Part shown: piece by piece, positions 36,330-51,057 of the stretch
How positions within the stretch are numbered: position 1 is the stretch's first letter
Layout of the letters: each line of letters starts with the position of its first letter
NCBI GenBank assembly: GCA_038087875.1
Contig: CM075997.1
Location: forward strand, 1,614,001-1,678,000
Direction of reading: 5' to 3'
DNA length: 64,000 bases
Origin: Malacoraja senta
Taxonomy: Eukaryota
Program-made: the position numbers and the translations under genes
Notes under the pieces: generated by a model
Told to the model about the DNA's origin: nothing
What the model saw: only the letters and a program-made list of their open reading frames with translations
Database searches by the model: none

Positions 36330-37125
36330 ACTTGTACAAAGGAGGCTTCGTGGTGTGAGATCAAACGTCTCGCCTAAAACACATTGCTGCAGATGTTCCT
36401 GAGCGAAGTGATCAAGGCTGGTCCATCTTCAGTTTCATCAGTGACTTTCCTTTCATCACAAGGTCAAAAGTGGAGATGTATGCTGATAATTGAACGATTC
36501 AATTCAAGGCTGTAACTCAATAACAGAAGCAATGCACGTCTGCATGCAGTAAGACCTTGGATGGATGGAGAAGTGGCAATTAGCGTTTGTCAGACAGTGG
36601 CTGTCTCCAACACGAGAAGCTGACCTACTTGACTTTCAATGGCATTAATGTCTAGAAGGCCAAGTCAGGAGTGTTGCGGATTATTCTCCATTGATCTGGA
36701 TGACTGCAGCTCCAACCATGTAGCTTGAAGCAATCCAGTACAAGGAGGATAATTGGTATCACATCTGGCGCTCTCTTCCCCTGCCACACAGAAAGCCATC
36801 TGCATATGCAATATAGTCACCTCAGATGGTACTTGGCAGCATTCTGTAATCAAGAGGTGAAGGGGTTTGGGAACATGTTAACACTGCTATTTGTAGGTTC
36901 CCCTCAAAGCCTCAGACCATCCTGACTTGCTGATATAATGCTGTTCCTTCATCACTGAGATTAATCCCTGGCGCACTCTCCCCATTTGGCATTTTAAGGA
37001 AAGCCTTTCCAAAGGATTGTAGCTGTTCGAGGCAGTAAAAGCATAATCACTGAGGGCAATTAGGGATGAACGATAAATGCAGTCTGAGGTAGTGATGCCC
37101 AGATCCTGAAACTGAATAAATAAGA
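36330..37125 (+). mobile_element. Decayed CR1/L2-group LINE (RT to 3' end)
   Basis: catcttcagtttcatcagtgactttcc...gtggagatgtatgctgat resembles RT motif IFS.FINDLP...MYADD; tail gggcaattagggatg...gaataaa. Confidence 0.6.
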
Positions 37126-40100
37126 TGGTAATTGATTAAAAGGCACAAATGTCAAATTGTTAAACAAGGTATATACAAATTAACAGTAGAATGAACAGCC
37201 TTGTTGGGACTTGTCGAAAGCATCTGAGAGCTAAAGTTCCATGCTATAAGTATTAACTTTTGGTTTGTCATTTTTTAAATTAAAATCCCAATTCGTATAA
37301 TCCTATGAAGGAAGATTGACGTTTTTGACATAGGATGTTTATTTTATTTTGTGGGGGGAATGAAGTAGAAATCCTTCCATAGTTCTGTATGATGTTGCAC
37401 ACAGTAATAGTTTGGGTGTGGTTACAACAAGGCTTTCACCCAATTGTGCTTTTAAATCTCGTGAACTGTAAGAAGCAATGCCAAAAGATCCCAATGCTCA
37501 GCTCGAAGGCTAGATTTGTTGCATTACAATTCTTGCTATCAGCTCCTGATATGTGCAGGCTCCATATTCAAGAAACAGAATTTGTGCCAACGGTGAATGG
37601 TTGCAGCGCCACCAGCTTTCTGCTTGAACGATGATGTTCCGACAGATAATTAAAATCGGTGGTGTGTGGGCTTGGAAATATTGGCAGAATTTACTGGGAA
37701 AACTTTTAGCTTTACTCTTTACAGTCAAACGATGAGTCTCCTGAATAGTTTTTAAGGTTTAGATATTTAAAAGGAATTTGTCAATTGTTCTTCCTTACCT
37801 ACAATCTGTGAAGATGAACAAGGAGGTAAAGAATTTGAAAGACAAACTCCTAAAGTTTCCCTTTAGGAATTTTCCCAGTCATCTGATCCTTTTCTGATGT
37901 AATATTACAGGAGAATGAAGCATAAAAAACAGCCCAGTCCTGGAAAATCCAGTTCCAGAAACCTGGTATCCGTCATTATATAAATTGTCTCCTTTGTCAT
38001 GCATTTCTTTCTGACCATTTTTTTTGGTTAATTATTGCATGTACATAATTTTGAAAATGGCATATCAAGCCCTGTGCACATGTCCTCAAAGTGTATGCGT
38101 GGTTCCATTTTTGTTCTTTGGGACGTCACATGGTAACAAATCGAGAAATGGGAATGAAGTTTGATCTAACTAAAGTTTGATGCAGGGAGTGCTGGATTAG
38201 GAGGGAAATCTCTTTACAATTTGCATAACCTGTGTAATTTGACTCTAGGGGAGGGCTTTTTGATAAAATGTATCTTCATTTTCCTCTTTTTCAGTCGTTC
38301 TCAAAAGATAGTTGTTAATTCAGCAATGTGTTCAGTCATCGCAGTTTGATATTATTACCTGTTTAGTTATTTTAAATTGCCTACTTTTAAGTATTATTTT
38401 TGAAAGCTTTTATTTCGAAGGAGTGACTAAACAAAGTTTCGACAGTATAGTTAAATATTGCAATCTGAAAGTCATTGTTGCATCTCAATGGCGTAAAGCC
38501 ATCTATGGCATCGTCCATGAACTGAGCCATTGAGTGAGGCACAATCCGGTTATCTTCTTTCAGAGGTGGCGTATTTTGTCGATGTGAGGAACAGCTGATA
38601 TTATAAACTTGCATAGAACGCAGTGCTGGAGTAACTCGGTGGGTTAGGCAGCATTTCTGGAGGACGTGTATAGGCAACATTTCAGGTTGGGGCCCTTCAG
38701 ACAGCTATCCTCTCAAGATGCTGAAACACACATTGGGTTTCAGCCTGAGCATTTTTGCAGGGCATTATGGCCTCTCAGCTCTGGCAGGTTTCTAGCCAGC
38801 ATGTGTAAGTGTCATTGAAACCTTGTAGATGTGGAGTTTTTGTGGTGTTAACAAGAATGCTCTTGGCATAAAGATATTCTCGTTATAGCAACATGGACTA
38901 AGTCGTGTTTCCAGTAGATTTTTTTTCCACAATGCCTGGAATATTAGACAAGGTGTTCACTTTCTTGACGGAATTGAACTTGCTGCATGCAAAATTTAGA
39001 GCATTGGCTGGATCAAGTTGTGGTACGGTTTTAATATAAATGTAAACTTTGTACTTTCTCTGTGGTTGTTTGTGGTTGGAAAGGGAACTTGTATTGATTT
39101 TCATTTGCTATTTAATTTTTGAGTTCCCTTTGAATTGGGTATTTCTTAAAATGCTTTGCTCCAGTTAGAGTCAACTTATTAAAAAGGGCAACACTTAACA
39201 GCTATTTTTAAACAAAACAGGAAGGGCCACAGTGACTGCATAATTACCTGATGCCACGTGGCCAAGTCCAAGTCCAGCTGGCACGTGAGGGAGGGGAGCA
39301 GGCAATTAAAAGTTGGACCGCGTCGCTAAGTTCCAGTGCATATAAAAGGAAATGAAAAGTGCCACTCCCTGTGACATTCCTATGAGATATTGACACAAGA
39401 TTGCAGTTGTATCTCAAACCTATTATCTAGTTTTCTGTATTTTGCCACCGCTCACGAACACCCTACTCCCTTACAAGTTGCATTTGGAATTACATATCAG
39501 TTAAGGTCATAACATTAGTCAATCTAACTTGAGGCATTTATGTCTTAATGACACGTATTGCATGACAGTTCAGGGTGTATTGCTAATAATTCCTGAGTAT
39601 TATTGACAGTATCTGTGGTGACATTTTTTCATAAAGGTTCTTTAAATAGTTCAGTGGAACCTATAAGTCACTTGTCCCCTTTGTGTTTGTGATTTACAGG
39701 CCTCTTACACTCACTAACACACAATGATTTAAATAGTCTTAATACTATACCCCTAGGTCGTGAAATGAATTTGGGTCAAATTCTGATCAATACAATAATT
39801 CTGATTTATACGATAGTTTATGCTACTAAACATTTCTACATTCCGTGTAGCACTACACTATGGCTGAAAAGGGAAATACAAAGACTGATGTCCTTGATAA
39901 TTGTACTGTAAACCCATTTATGACAAACTTTATGATATTAAGACCACATTTGGCAAATGACTATTTTGAAGAGGCAGTAAACGTGATATGCATCTCATAA
40001 AAGCCTGTTCTGGCTTAAATCACCAAGAGAATTTGGATGATGGCTGCTTGGTGGGGCTTGGCAGTCTCATACTTTGTTTTGGAAATGATGCTGGAAAACT

Positions 40101-41869
40101 AAAGGCGGTCAAAAGCAACTAGCCTGAATGAGGTAACATGTTAAATTCCAATCTATATTCATAGTACCCCAAAGTAGCACAGAAATGACAGATGGATTTA
40201 AATGCATACATTGTTATAAGCTGCAATGTTGTAATATTCGTTTTTGGTATTTGATTGTCACTTTGCTACTTTTTAAATTTGTAGGTGTAATTTGATCTTG
40301 GGCTGTGGTGTACTATTTTCGAAGTATGTTATGTGGTTTTAATTCATAACTTAAATCCCTTGCATTGATGCAAATAAAAATAAAATGCATCCTCTCGCAC
40401 CCTCGTCTTCACTTTTCCAACTCCCCACCACCCACTGGATCCCCACTGGATCCCACTGGCGGTGAAGGGCCGAATGGCCTACTCCTGCACCTATTTTCTA
40501 TGTACTATCCCCTTTACCCCCAGCTAGACTCCTTGCCCCTATTGCTTTCAATTTCACTTCATCTTCCTTTTCAGTCACTTTCCAGATTGTGTAGTCTTTT
40601 GTTCTCCACTTATAGCCTACCAACTTCAGTCATCTTTCTCCACCACCTGAATATTACCAGGCAGTCAATCCTTCCTCACCTATACGCAGCTGTGTGCTAA
40701 CTTTTGCCCCCTACACCTCCCCGTCTCTTTATAGATTACTTCCACTCTTTTCAGTCTCGATCTGAAACGGCGACTGCCCATTTCCTGTTGTCGTTGCTGC
40801 CTTGCCTGCTGAGTTCCTCCAGTAACTCTCATTTTCTCACCACTTTAAGCAGTGGGTTAAGCTACAACACCCAACCTAAGAATGTACTTTTTGTACCTTT
40901 TTCAATCATTATCCGACTGGAACTCCCATAACAAAGGTAAATGGCAGATGGATTTTGTAAAAGAAAAACTCACTTTTCAAAAACAGAAGCTTGGGAATCT
41001 TAGAAAGAAGGAATGGGTGGTGTTTCGGGTCGAGACCCTTCTTCTGACTGTTCAGACTTCAGATTTCTCCTGTCTGAAGGTTCTCAACCCAAAACATCAC
41101 CCTTTCCTTCTATCCAGAGATACTGTCTGTCTCGTTGAGTTACTCCAGCATTTTGTGTCTATCTTTGGTGTAAGCAGAGGAATCTTGTTTTATATGTGCA
41201 GTTTCCAGTTTGGGTCTTGAACCTATAAATAAGGAGCATTTCAAAATCACTCAAGGGCAATAATCTTGACATGTCTGAAGCAAACTTCACTGAACTGATC
41301 CTTATAAATGTTTACATTGCTGGACATTGGATAGTATCCCTGGTGGAAGTTGAAAAATCTTTCTGTGGGTTGAACTTGACATAAGTTGGAGTTGATTGTG
41401 CTGTGGGAACTAATATGCTGTAACAGTATTGTGTCCTTTGGTAATAAATGTATCAATTATAGGTTCACTGTATGGAGCCAAAAAAGGGGAACCATTTGAA
41501 AAATCAGGTGTTGTACAATGTTGAATTTATTTCCGACCAACATGATGATTGAATGCAGATTGGTCATTCGATTAACAGAATTAGACATGGTTATAGCTTT
41601 TGACTTGCTCTGCAATGTTCTTGCAGGCAAATATTAGTGGCAGAGAGATGATGCTTACCTCCAGGTGTAGGAAAGAACTGCGGATGCTGGTTTAAATCGA
41701 AGGTCGATACAATATGCTGGAGTAACTCAGCGGGTCAGGCAGCATCTCTGGTGAGAAGGAATGGGTGACGTTTCGGGTCGAGAACCTTCAGACCATAATT
41801 ATATAAACTATAATTACTTCCATAATTATCTAAACCAATTCATTACTTCCATAATTATCTAAACCAATT

Positions 41870-42205
41870 ATCATAGAGTGATACAGTGTGGAAACAAGCT
41901 CTTTGATCCAACTTGCCCACACTGGCCAACAATGTCCCAGCTACACTAGTTCCACTTGCCTGTGCTTGGTCCATATCCCTCCAAACCTGTCCTATCCATG
42001 TACCTGTCTAACTATTTCTCTACCTCCTCTGGCAGCTTGTTACATACATCCACTACCCCTTGTGTGAAAAAGTTACCCCTCGGATTCCTATTAAATCTTT
42101 TCCCCATCACCTTCAACCCATGTCCTCTGGTCCTCGATTCCCCTCATCTTGGCAAGAGACTGTGCATCTACCCGATCTATTCCGCCCATGATTTTGTCAA
42201 CCTTT
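41870..42205 (-). mobile_element. CR1/HER1-like LINE 3' end
   Basis: Reverse complement of the CR1 tail (ggccaac...ccatatccctccaaacc...cctctggcagc). Confidence 0.8.
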
Positions 42206-44231
42206 GATTAGTTAAACTAAGTACTATAATATGTAAGTTATTCTGAACAGCTTGGTTTACTGTTGGGGTAGGAAAACCTATTGAATAATCGGGGAAAAGG
42301 TATTTAAAAGATTTTCTAGTAATTAAGGAGATAATGTTCTTCAGTTGTATTACAATCTTACCATTGAAATTATGTTTGGAGCTTTATATTCTAAGGGTAT
42401 ATTGTGTGGAACCAGAATGGAATCAACAAATTATTTTCCAAAATTTGAATAAGATTTCCATTTTGCCTTTATGGAACTCCTCCCCATAACAGTGTGGCTG
42501 CACATAATCATTTGCATCAGAGAATGGGTTTACCATGAATGTATGTATTATCAAGATAGGCAGTGAGTCCCTCGGTTTTCAAAGGCAAAATCCAAACAAG
42601 ACTGGTGCATTGTTAGGTTTTGAGGTGTGTGTGATTTTTAAGAAGCGCTGGTGGTTTTTAGTTGACATGGATCCGATTTTACACGGGGATTTTCTCAAGT
42701 AGAGTCATCTGAAAGTTCAGTTTTAATAGTGATTCTTTCTTCCTGTTTTCCCTTTTCCTCAGTAGGCATGTTGCTGCATACCACGTCTTCCTCCCCACTG
42801 ATTATCTGTTCTACTCGGCATAACACCTATTTCTGCTGTATACCTTTAAGATTTGATTGAAATGCATAGGAAGGAACTGCTGATGCTGCTTTACACCGAC
42901 GAAAGGTGCAAAATGCTGGACTAACTCAGGCAGCATTTCTGGAGAAAAGGAATGGGTGACGTTTTGGGTCAAGAAGAAGGATCTCGACCCAAAACGTTCA
43001 ATATTGATACTGTTCTTGAAAATATGACTTCTGTCAAGCAGGAATTTGACGCATGCAAATCCAAGATGTAATTGGGCATTTACAATGGATGTCAGAAATG
43101 AATTTGCACCACATCGAATGTATTGCTTGAAGTCGAATTTTATATATTCTTACAGCGATCACCATTTAGTGAAAATAACCATCCAATTTGTAGACACCAG
43201 TGAATGATGCATTCCCTTGTAAGTGCAATGGGCACTGCAAAAATGTCAAAATTGAATGAGAGGGGAATTTATGCATAAAGTTGAAAAGTCGACCTCAATA
43301 TTCCTGGATGTAAATTATGCTATCTCAAAACATGATTTTTTAACAATGTAGAACTCTTCCCCCCCCCCCCCCCCCCATTCATTTCATTCCACTACAACAC
43401 TGAATCAAGTTGGAATCAACAGGTTTTGAACAGAAGAAAGCGTTTCTATGCTAAATTAAGGTGCCCTTTTATAACAACTGGAACCCTAAGAACTGACATT
43501 TTCTCTTGCCTGCTGTGCTACTCTTTAACCAGCCTCTTTTGCTAAACATTTGGTCACCTGATTTTCTGTGCTTTTTAATTGGATTTAATTTGACATTGCT
43601 AGTGTGAAATAGCTTGACTTTTTATGCTGTTGACACTGCTCTGCAAAGGCAAGTTATGAAGCAGAACAGTTATTGCCTTGGCTGTTTGTAATTGGTAAAT
43701 GTGTACCATACATCTTGGTGCCCTAAAACGCTCCTGGTCTCCAATTAAGATAGACTTCCTTGGTTACTACTCTCAGATTGTAAGTGCAACCTGCCTATTG
43801 GTGCAGCTGTGGTGCATTAAGTTAGAGTTTCTTATTCTGGCACCTATACTTTGAACAGAAACTATAATGGTGCAAATAGTTTATCCTCTCATCCCTCTCC
43901 TTTGGGTAGACATGAGCAAGTATGCTAATTTTAGTCTTTTTACAGTCGTGATGATTGATTTTCACTTTGGGCAAGCAAATGACGATAAAACAAACTACCC
44001 ACCAGCTTCAGTCCATTATTTATTATTCAGTTGTCTCTGTCTACAAATTAAGGACTTTGATAACATTCTGACCATTACCGGATCAATTTAGGTGCTGACT
44101 CTTGGTATCATCTCTTCCTAAGAAGTTTTGAGTTGTGTATCTTGAGTTGCATCTTCCATTTCCCCTTTTACTAAGTTCCCCTTCCAATAAACACGGAATG
44201 TGCTGTTGTAGTGTTGGCACTGGCATTTAAG

Positions 44232-44503
44232 TAGTTTAGAGATACAGCGTGGAACCAGGCCCACCGAGTCCAGCAATCCCCACACACTAACACTACCCTA
44301 CACACACTAGGAACAATTTAACATTTTTTTACCAAGCCAATTAACCTACAAATCTGTACATCTTTGGAGTGTTGGGAGAAAACCCACGCAGGTCACGGGG
44401 AGAACGTACAAACTACGTAGAGACAAGCACCCGTAGTCAGGATCTAACCCAGGTCTCGGGCGCTCTAAGGCAGTAGCTCTACTCCTGCACCATCGTGCCG
44501 CCC
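44232..44503 (-). mobile_element. HE1-type SINE
   Basis: Ends with the reverse complement of the head (ctctactcctgcaccatcgtgccgccc). Confidence 0.85.
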
Positions 44504-46369
44504 AGTTCTGGGTGTATTTTTCTGTACTCTCCACTTGAACCATGGAACAACACTAATAATAACACTGAAAAATTCCCCACATTCTCTTTAGTGACTAAAG
44601 TTAATTAATCACGATGGGCTAGTTTGAATTTATTGGTTAATGCTTTTTAGTAAAGTTATCATTATAGTCCAAAGGCTAAAAAATATTGGACTTTGTTCCA
44701 CTGATATATGATCTTGTTATGAAATTGTGGAATGTGGGCCCGATTTACATTCCAGTTGCACGGCAATGCTGATCTAGTCTTTGATTGGATGTTCCTAAAT
44801 ATTATACTTCTGTAAACTAGCAGTGCTGCAGGAATGTTATACATTTTTAGTTGATAAGGAACAATTTCTCTTCAATTTTATCAATCATAAAATTGCATTG
44901 TGTTATTCCAGACCTTTTGCATACAAGTGCTTCCTGTTTTGAAAGCAGATTTCTTCCAACTAAGAAGCATATGGAATGAAGTTAAAGCAGTGACCCCTCT
45001 CCACAAAACTTTCTTTTGCTGTTACAAAGCCTTAAGTAGACCGATATCTTTGCAATGGCGTGACAGTATTACTGCCGTCAAATCTTTATTAAATCAGAAT
45101 TCCTGTACACTTCAGACAAGATCTTGTATTTTGTTAGATCTCGGAGACCATTGATTCAACCCCAGCTCTCGAAGCAATCCCATTAGTCCTATTCCCTCTG
45201 CAACCCATTCTCTCTCGGTGGTCATTAATTTCCCTCTGATTCTCCTCCCATCTGCCTACGCGAGGGGTAATTTAGAATAGCTAATTATCTTACCTACCAC
45301 TACATATTTGAGATGAGCGTAAACTGGGGCACCCAGATAAAATTCATTTGATCACAGGGAGGATGTCCAAAGTCCATGTTGACACCAAAGATCAGCATTA
45401 AACCCGTGTCACTGGCGCTGTGAGCAATCCTGTTCATAGTATTGCCACCTTCATACCACTTCTGGAGAGCCATTTTATGAAGAAAATGGCAGATGTTTTC
45501 ACATGTTGTACATTAATTTTAAAACCAAGAGCTGGATTTGATTAGTGGCTATCTCTCCTTGGCTTACATTTATGCATTTTAGAGATATTATAAATTTTCA
45601 TTGGGAGAAGCAAATTTCTGTAACAAGACAATTGTTTTTTTCCTCCAATGTTTATGCTTGAGATTCTCTACGAATCTGTGTTTTTCCTTCTGCTTTTGAG
45701 AGACTATAGGCCAGATATTATCAACATTTGTTGAGCATGTTGCATACTAAAATGTAACTTTGTCACCATCTCCTGAGGATCCCAGACTTTGAAAATGTCC
45801 TTCAATTTTTGTTTTACTCTGCCAGACAATCTGTTGCTGTGATAGCAGAATAATACAATAGCTTGCTGCTAGATGAAGACATAGCTTTCATTATGAGAAT
45901 CGAAATGGTTCTCCAGTATAAAACTTGTGCTTGGGGTTTTTCCCTATTATCTACTGAATTCATCTTTGATTATGTCAGGTAAATCAGTTCCTTCTGCTGT
46001 TTTCAATTGTTGACTTTAAGCTTGAATGACAGCTGTGAAATTGGAAGTCAGAATTCTGCTGGAAATGAGCTCCAGTTGTATGTGCATCCATGAAGATGCA
46101 TATACATCTCTTTCATAAGCATGTTCAAAAATATCTGCCGTTCTTTCATGCCTTCAACCGCTAGTCCCTTGCGTGTATTAAGAGCAAGATGACCTCCTAG
46201 GCAAAACTTTGTGCTAAATTTTGTACAACTGGGGAGGAATAGTGTTCTCCCTACACTAGGGATGGGGGAATATATAAGGTTTATATTTCTCATCACCATC
46301 TAGTGTCCTATAGTGGTTGGTTACTCTTTGTTGTCATGAATACTTGCGCTCGATCTGCCAAGACCAATG

Positions 46370-46590
46370 GGATCTCCCAGTTGCTAACTATTTTATCTCC
46401 TGTTTCCACTATCCTGGGTCTCGTCCATTGCCAGAGTGAGGCCACATCAACACCTCATGTTTCGCTTGGGTGTTTTTTCCTTCTTAGACTCCCTTTGGTC
46501 ATGGGTGTCTCCAGGGTGCTATTCCCTGTATGGAAACCTAATAGTATGAGCATTGAATTCTCCAATTCTAGGTAACTACAAACCCTTTGT
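46370..46590 (+). mobile_element. Degenerate Penelope GIY-YIG C-terminal fragment
   Basis: TILGLVHCQSEAT...PNSMSIEFSNSR*, parallel to the 26598-26909 frame. Confidence 0.65.
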
Positions 46591-46999
46591 TTCTCCACCC
46601 TGGATCTGAAAAATGTATTTGTATCTTCCAATCTTTAGGTATTGCAATTGTTAGATCCTTATTACTTTAAAATATCAAAACATGCTGAAAATCCCCATGA
46701 GTAGAATTGATTTAAAAAAAACAAAAATATTCTTGCCATTAGTATGAAGCGAAACTGAAAATGCACATTTTTGTAAATATTTCATGCTAATTTTCCAAAA
46801 GCAGCAATATAGCGACTCCACCATATGCAGTTTTTTTTTTAACAAATCTGATCCCTGCCAACTTATTTTTATACTTCGAGTACAGGGTCCAAAATCTGGC
46901 ACACTCAGGATTGAGACCATGCTGAGATATGGATGTTCCCATTATTTGGATAGTGTAAAAAGTTGTGGGTTTATGTGATGGTCATCCTATTGTGAAGAT

Positions 47000-47290
47000 G
47001 TTGGGGGGGGGGGAAGGGGGAAATACATGGGGTTCCAGGTGGGGTCCAGAAGAGGGGGATTAAGGGGGGGGGGGAATTAGAGATTACCTGAAGATGGAGA
47101 ATTCAGTGTTCATACAATTTGGGTTGGAAGCTACCCAAGCAAAATACTAGGTGCTGTTCCTCCAGTCTGCTCTGTCAATGGAGGCCCAGTACAGAAAGCT
47201 CAGTGTGGGATTGGAAAGGGGAGTTAAAATGGGGTGAGCAACTAGGAGATCCAGTTGGCCTTAGTGGACCAAGTGCAAGTGTTCAGTGAA
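47000..47290 (-). mobile_element. Degenerate Penelope GIY-YIG C-terminal fragment
   Basis: ttacctgaagatggagaattcagtgttcat...cccaagcaaaatactaggtgctgttcctccag parallels 26598-26680. Confidence 0.65.
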
Positions 47291-47734
47291 TGTGATCATT
47301 TTAGTTAAGTCTCTTTTTAAGAGTCCGACATTCAATTCATCCCCAAATAAGTAGTAAGCCACAGGTTGTGATTTATTTTTGTTTTTGAGATCTTGGGTTG
47401 CTTGCTTCTACTTCAAACAAGTTAAGACATTGTGAGAGAACCAAGAAATGTCCCCCATCCAAGAAATGTTTCGACCTGGTTTCTTCATGAATCCTATAAA
47501 TCTCGGAGATTGGTGTCCTCCTTCAGCGAGGTTGATATGGATGTTCCCATTATTTGGATAATGGGAACTGGAATCTAATAGCAAATTGACTTTGTTAAAC
47601 AATGGGAACATTCAGTTTCGATGGTCAAAAATCAAAACCAATAATTCAAATACCAAGCAAGTGTAAGTATTCTTTGTGTAAGTGAAGCAAACATTTTAAA
47701 TGTAACTGCCTGCCATTTAAACATTTTCCACAAA

Positions 47735-48027
47735 TAGTGGTGCAGCGATAGAGTTGCTGCCTTACAGATCTTACAGCACCAAAGATCCGGGTTCAATCCC
47801 AACTACGGGTGCATTTGTATGGAGTTTGTACCTTCTCCCCGTGACTGCGTGGGTTTTCTCAGATCTTCGGTTTCCTCCCACACTCCAGACATACAGGTTT
47901 GTAGGTTAATTGGCTTGGTATAAATGTGAATTGTAAGTAGTGTGTGTAGGGTAGTGTTAATGTGCGGGTGTCGCTACTCGATGGGCCGAAGGACCTACTT
48001 CCGTGCTGTATCACTAAACTAAACTAT
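47735..48027 (+). mobile_element. HE1-type SINE
   Basis: Head gtggtgcagcgatagagttgctgcc, B-box ggttcaatcc, (taaac)n tail. Confidence 0.85.
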
Positions 48028-49457
48028 AGTTGTATTTATCTGCCATAATATCCTAAAATACATTTTAGAAACTTTATAAAACATCAACTTTATAAAAACT
48101 ATTTGTATATCTTCAATTGGTTGTACATGTCACTTTACCCTTGCCCATCCAATTGCACAAATTCCACTGAATCGGTCTTTCAATGTGCCACTTGCTATTT
48201 AAATCTCATGTTTTCATATTTCACGTTTTGCCCCTCATTGTGAAGACAGCAATCCTTTGCATGATCTAATCCTGCTGCTCAACCTGGGAGGGGGAAAACA
48301 AATTGTGCTGTGACTTTTGCACGGCTCTGTTGATAGATTTCAATGATATACGCATTGAATGGAATGCAAATAAGCTAAACCAAGTGACCCTTAATGTTCT
48401 GTTTCATGACTTTGACTAGATTTGCCTTGAAACACAATGTGATGGCACTAAGCTATAATAATGTTTTCCATGGCCTCTGTAAAATGCCAAGTAATCTTGT
48501 GACGAGAAGCTGTGAAAGAATTCTCATTTTGATTTCTTTCAAAAATTTATTTTGGTGCAAAAACCTGATTGGCAGAGATTCCTTAAGAATAATGCCCACT
48601 TGTGTCATTTTATGATCCCACTAAAAATGTCTAGTGAATGTAAATTATTCATGCCAGCTGTTTTTTGGAGACAATCCTGCAGGAAGCTCATACTTTTGGT
48701 CAAGTTTAATCATTCACTCCATCTATAAACACTGCTGTTTACATGACTCTTTGCTTTGGAGATGGACTGCAGTATGTAAATAAACAGGCAATCAGGCTAC
48801 AAAAAGATTTCCACTTTCCTCAAGACGCACTGGTACAGAAATGATTAGGTCGACAGATATTGAAAGCTTTAATTTCCTGCATGCTTCAGCCAAACCACAG
48901 TATAGATGTTGGCTCTGGAATTCAATTTGGAGCAGTGTTCCAGGTTGAATGATAACTTTTGTGCAATAAGAATCTTGAAGTGTTTTGTCTGAACTATTTG
49001 TTCTTTTTGCAGAGAAGTTATGAGAGGCGATTGCAATTCTTGTAAGGCAGCCAAATAGCCACTGAGATCGAGGGATGAACTGGCAGCCACAGTTTTCAAG
49101 TTCAAATCATGACCTTGAGTGATTCCAGCTTCCCTACTCTCAACAGTTCAGGGTTTGTTTCTTTCTTGGGACATGCTTTCATCTTTGTATTTGGGTGAAT
49201 TGCAAAGCTTAGTACAGCATTTTCCTCATGCTGCGGGAGTCTGGAGGACAGCAACAGTGCTGGTCACATTGAGCATATCTTTGAATTACATTCATTGGCA
49301 ATTGGCTGCAATCCTTTAATTTCTTCACATTTATTTGAATAGATTTGGAGAGGAAAATCCGGGTCAGAACAGTCATTAATTTCAACTCTGCGAATGGGAT
49401 CATTGGCATCGCACAGCTGAAAATAATAAATCCTCCAGCATGTTGGCATTGTCAGAT

Positions 49458-49748
49458 TTGGGTGGCACAGCTTTGGAGTTGGTGCCTTACATACAGCACC
49501 AGAGACCCAAGTTCCATCCTGACTGCAGGTGCTGTCTTGTATGGAGTTTGTACGTTTTCCCTGTGACCACGTGGGTTGCTCCGGATTCCTCCCACACTCC
49601 AAAGACGTACATTGTTTTAAGTTAATTGGCTTTGGTTAAAACAAATTGTAAATTGTTCCCAGTGTGTAGGATAATGCTCATGTATGGCATTCTCTATTCA
49701 GAGTGGACTCGGTGGGCCAAAGGGACTGTTTCCATGCTGTATCTTAAA
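49458..49748 (+). mobile_element. HE1-type SINE
   Basis: Same body and tail as the other copies. Confidence 0.8.
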
Positions 49749-51057
49749 AATAATTCATCACAGTGAGCGCTTTTGTAGTTTGTACTTTTTACTGATAGCC
49801 TAGTGCTATCACCTGACTAGACAGATGTTATTATTTCAAAGCAATTCCCTCCAGATCTGCTAAGATTGATTCCTTGAAGGTTTGCAATTGAACTGCATTG
49901 TTTTTCAGACGTAGAGGGAATATGAAAATTAAGAAGCAGCAATTATCCAATTCCCTGAAGGTGCAGGATGAAGCAGAGGAGAGATTTTTTAAAAACGCTT
50001 TACTTATGCATTGCTTGTTACATGGCAATGTATATTGTTCAGTTGTATCAACCAGTGTAGGTTCAGTCATCTATGCTAAGTTACTAAATGCTGGAACCCT
50101 CAATTGAAGTGATTCAATCTGAAGGATCCTGATCCGAAACGTCACCTATCCATGTTCTCCAGAGCTCGTGCCTGAACCGCTGGGTTACTCCAGCACTTTG
50201 TGTCCTTTTGTGTAAACCAGTATCTGCAGTTGCTTGTTTCTGCAACCCTCAACTCCTCCCTGGTTTCTTTTGAGAAGTGCAAAGGTCAGAATGTTTTCAT
50301 ATCTTGCTGTTGAGACTTCCACATGGGAGAAAATTGCTCATGAAGAATTTTTCCCCTTGGCTCCTGCCCTCCACTGATATCTCTGTACAGTTTGCATCAT
50401 TGGCAGAGTGCATGAGTGGTGGTCAGATGGGAAAGGGGAGTCCACAGTGAAAGTTGATGAAAAGATGGTGAATAAAATGGGTAGGCTGTTTCAAAATGGA
50501 TGCTTGGTGATCAGCGCTGACTGAGAGTGGAATGCCCAGAATCTGTATCGTTTCTAACTTAACTGAGATTGCAGGGTTCTACTAATACTTATTTAGCAGT
50601 AATGAACATAGTTCAGTATCCATCAGTGAAGGGGCAAGGCATTTTTGTGGTTGAATATTTTTACAAAAACTGTGATTGTTCAAAATTATGTAATATGCTG
50701 TTACTCCAAACACTCATTTTAATGACCACTGGCATTTAACTGATGTGTAACATCTTTTGAAAATACTTTGAAAAAAAATTCTTTCAGGAAAGGCACTGGT
50801 AAATGTATTGAAGGTTGTGGTTGCTGCCGTATGTGAACCATTATGGTTGGGTGAATATTTGCTTTGCTCTGCAACCTCCCTGATGCTTTTGTAAATGACT
50901 TTAATTTAAAGTAAGGATTTTCAGACCAGCTTGAAGATGGAATTTAATTTTATTTTATAGTTCCACGAATTGAGCAGACACGCAAGGTGTACATAATGTT
51001 GTGAATAATGAGAGTTGGGCATACGTCTTGCAGTTTATGGGGCGAGGGATCTTATGG

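Noticed and set aside
41793..41872. About 29-bp AT-rich tandem repeat (ccataattatctaaaccaatt...)
   Set aside because: Lies at the junction of a pLTR and a CR1 tail; most likely an insertion by-product.
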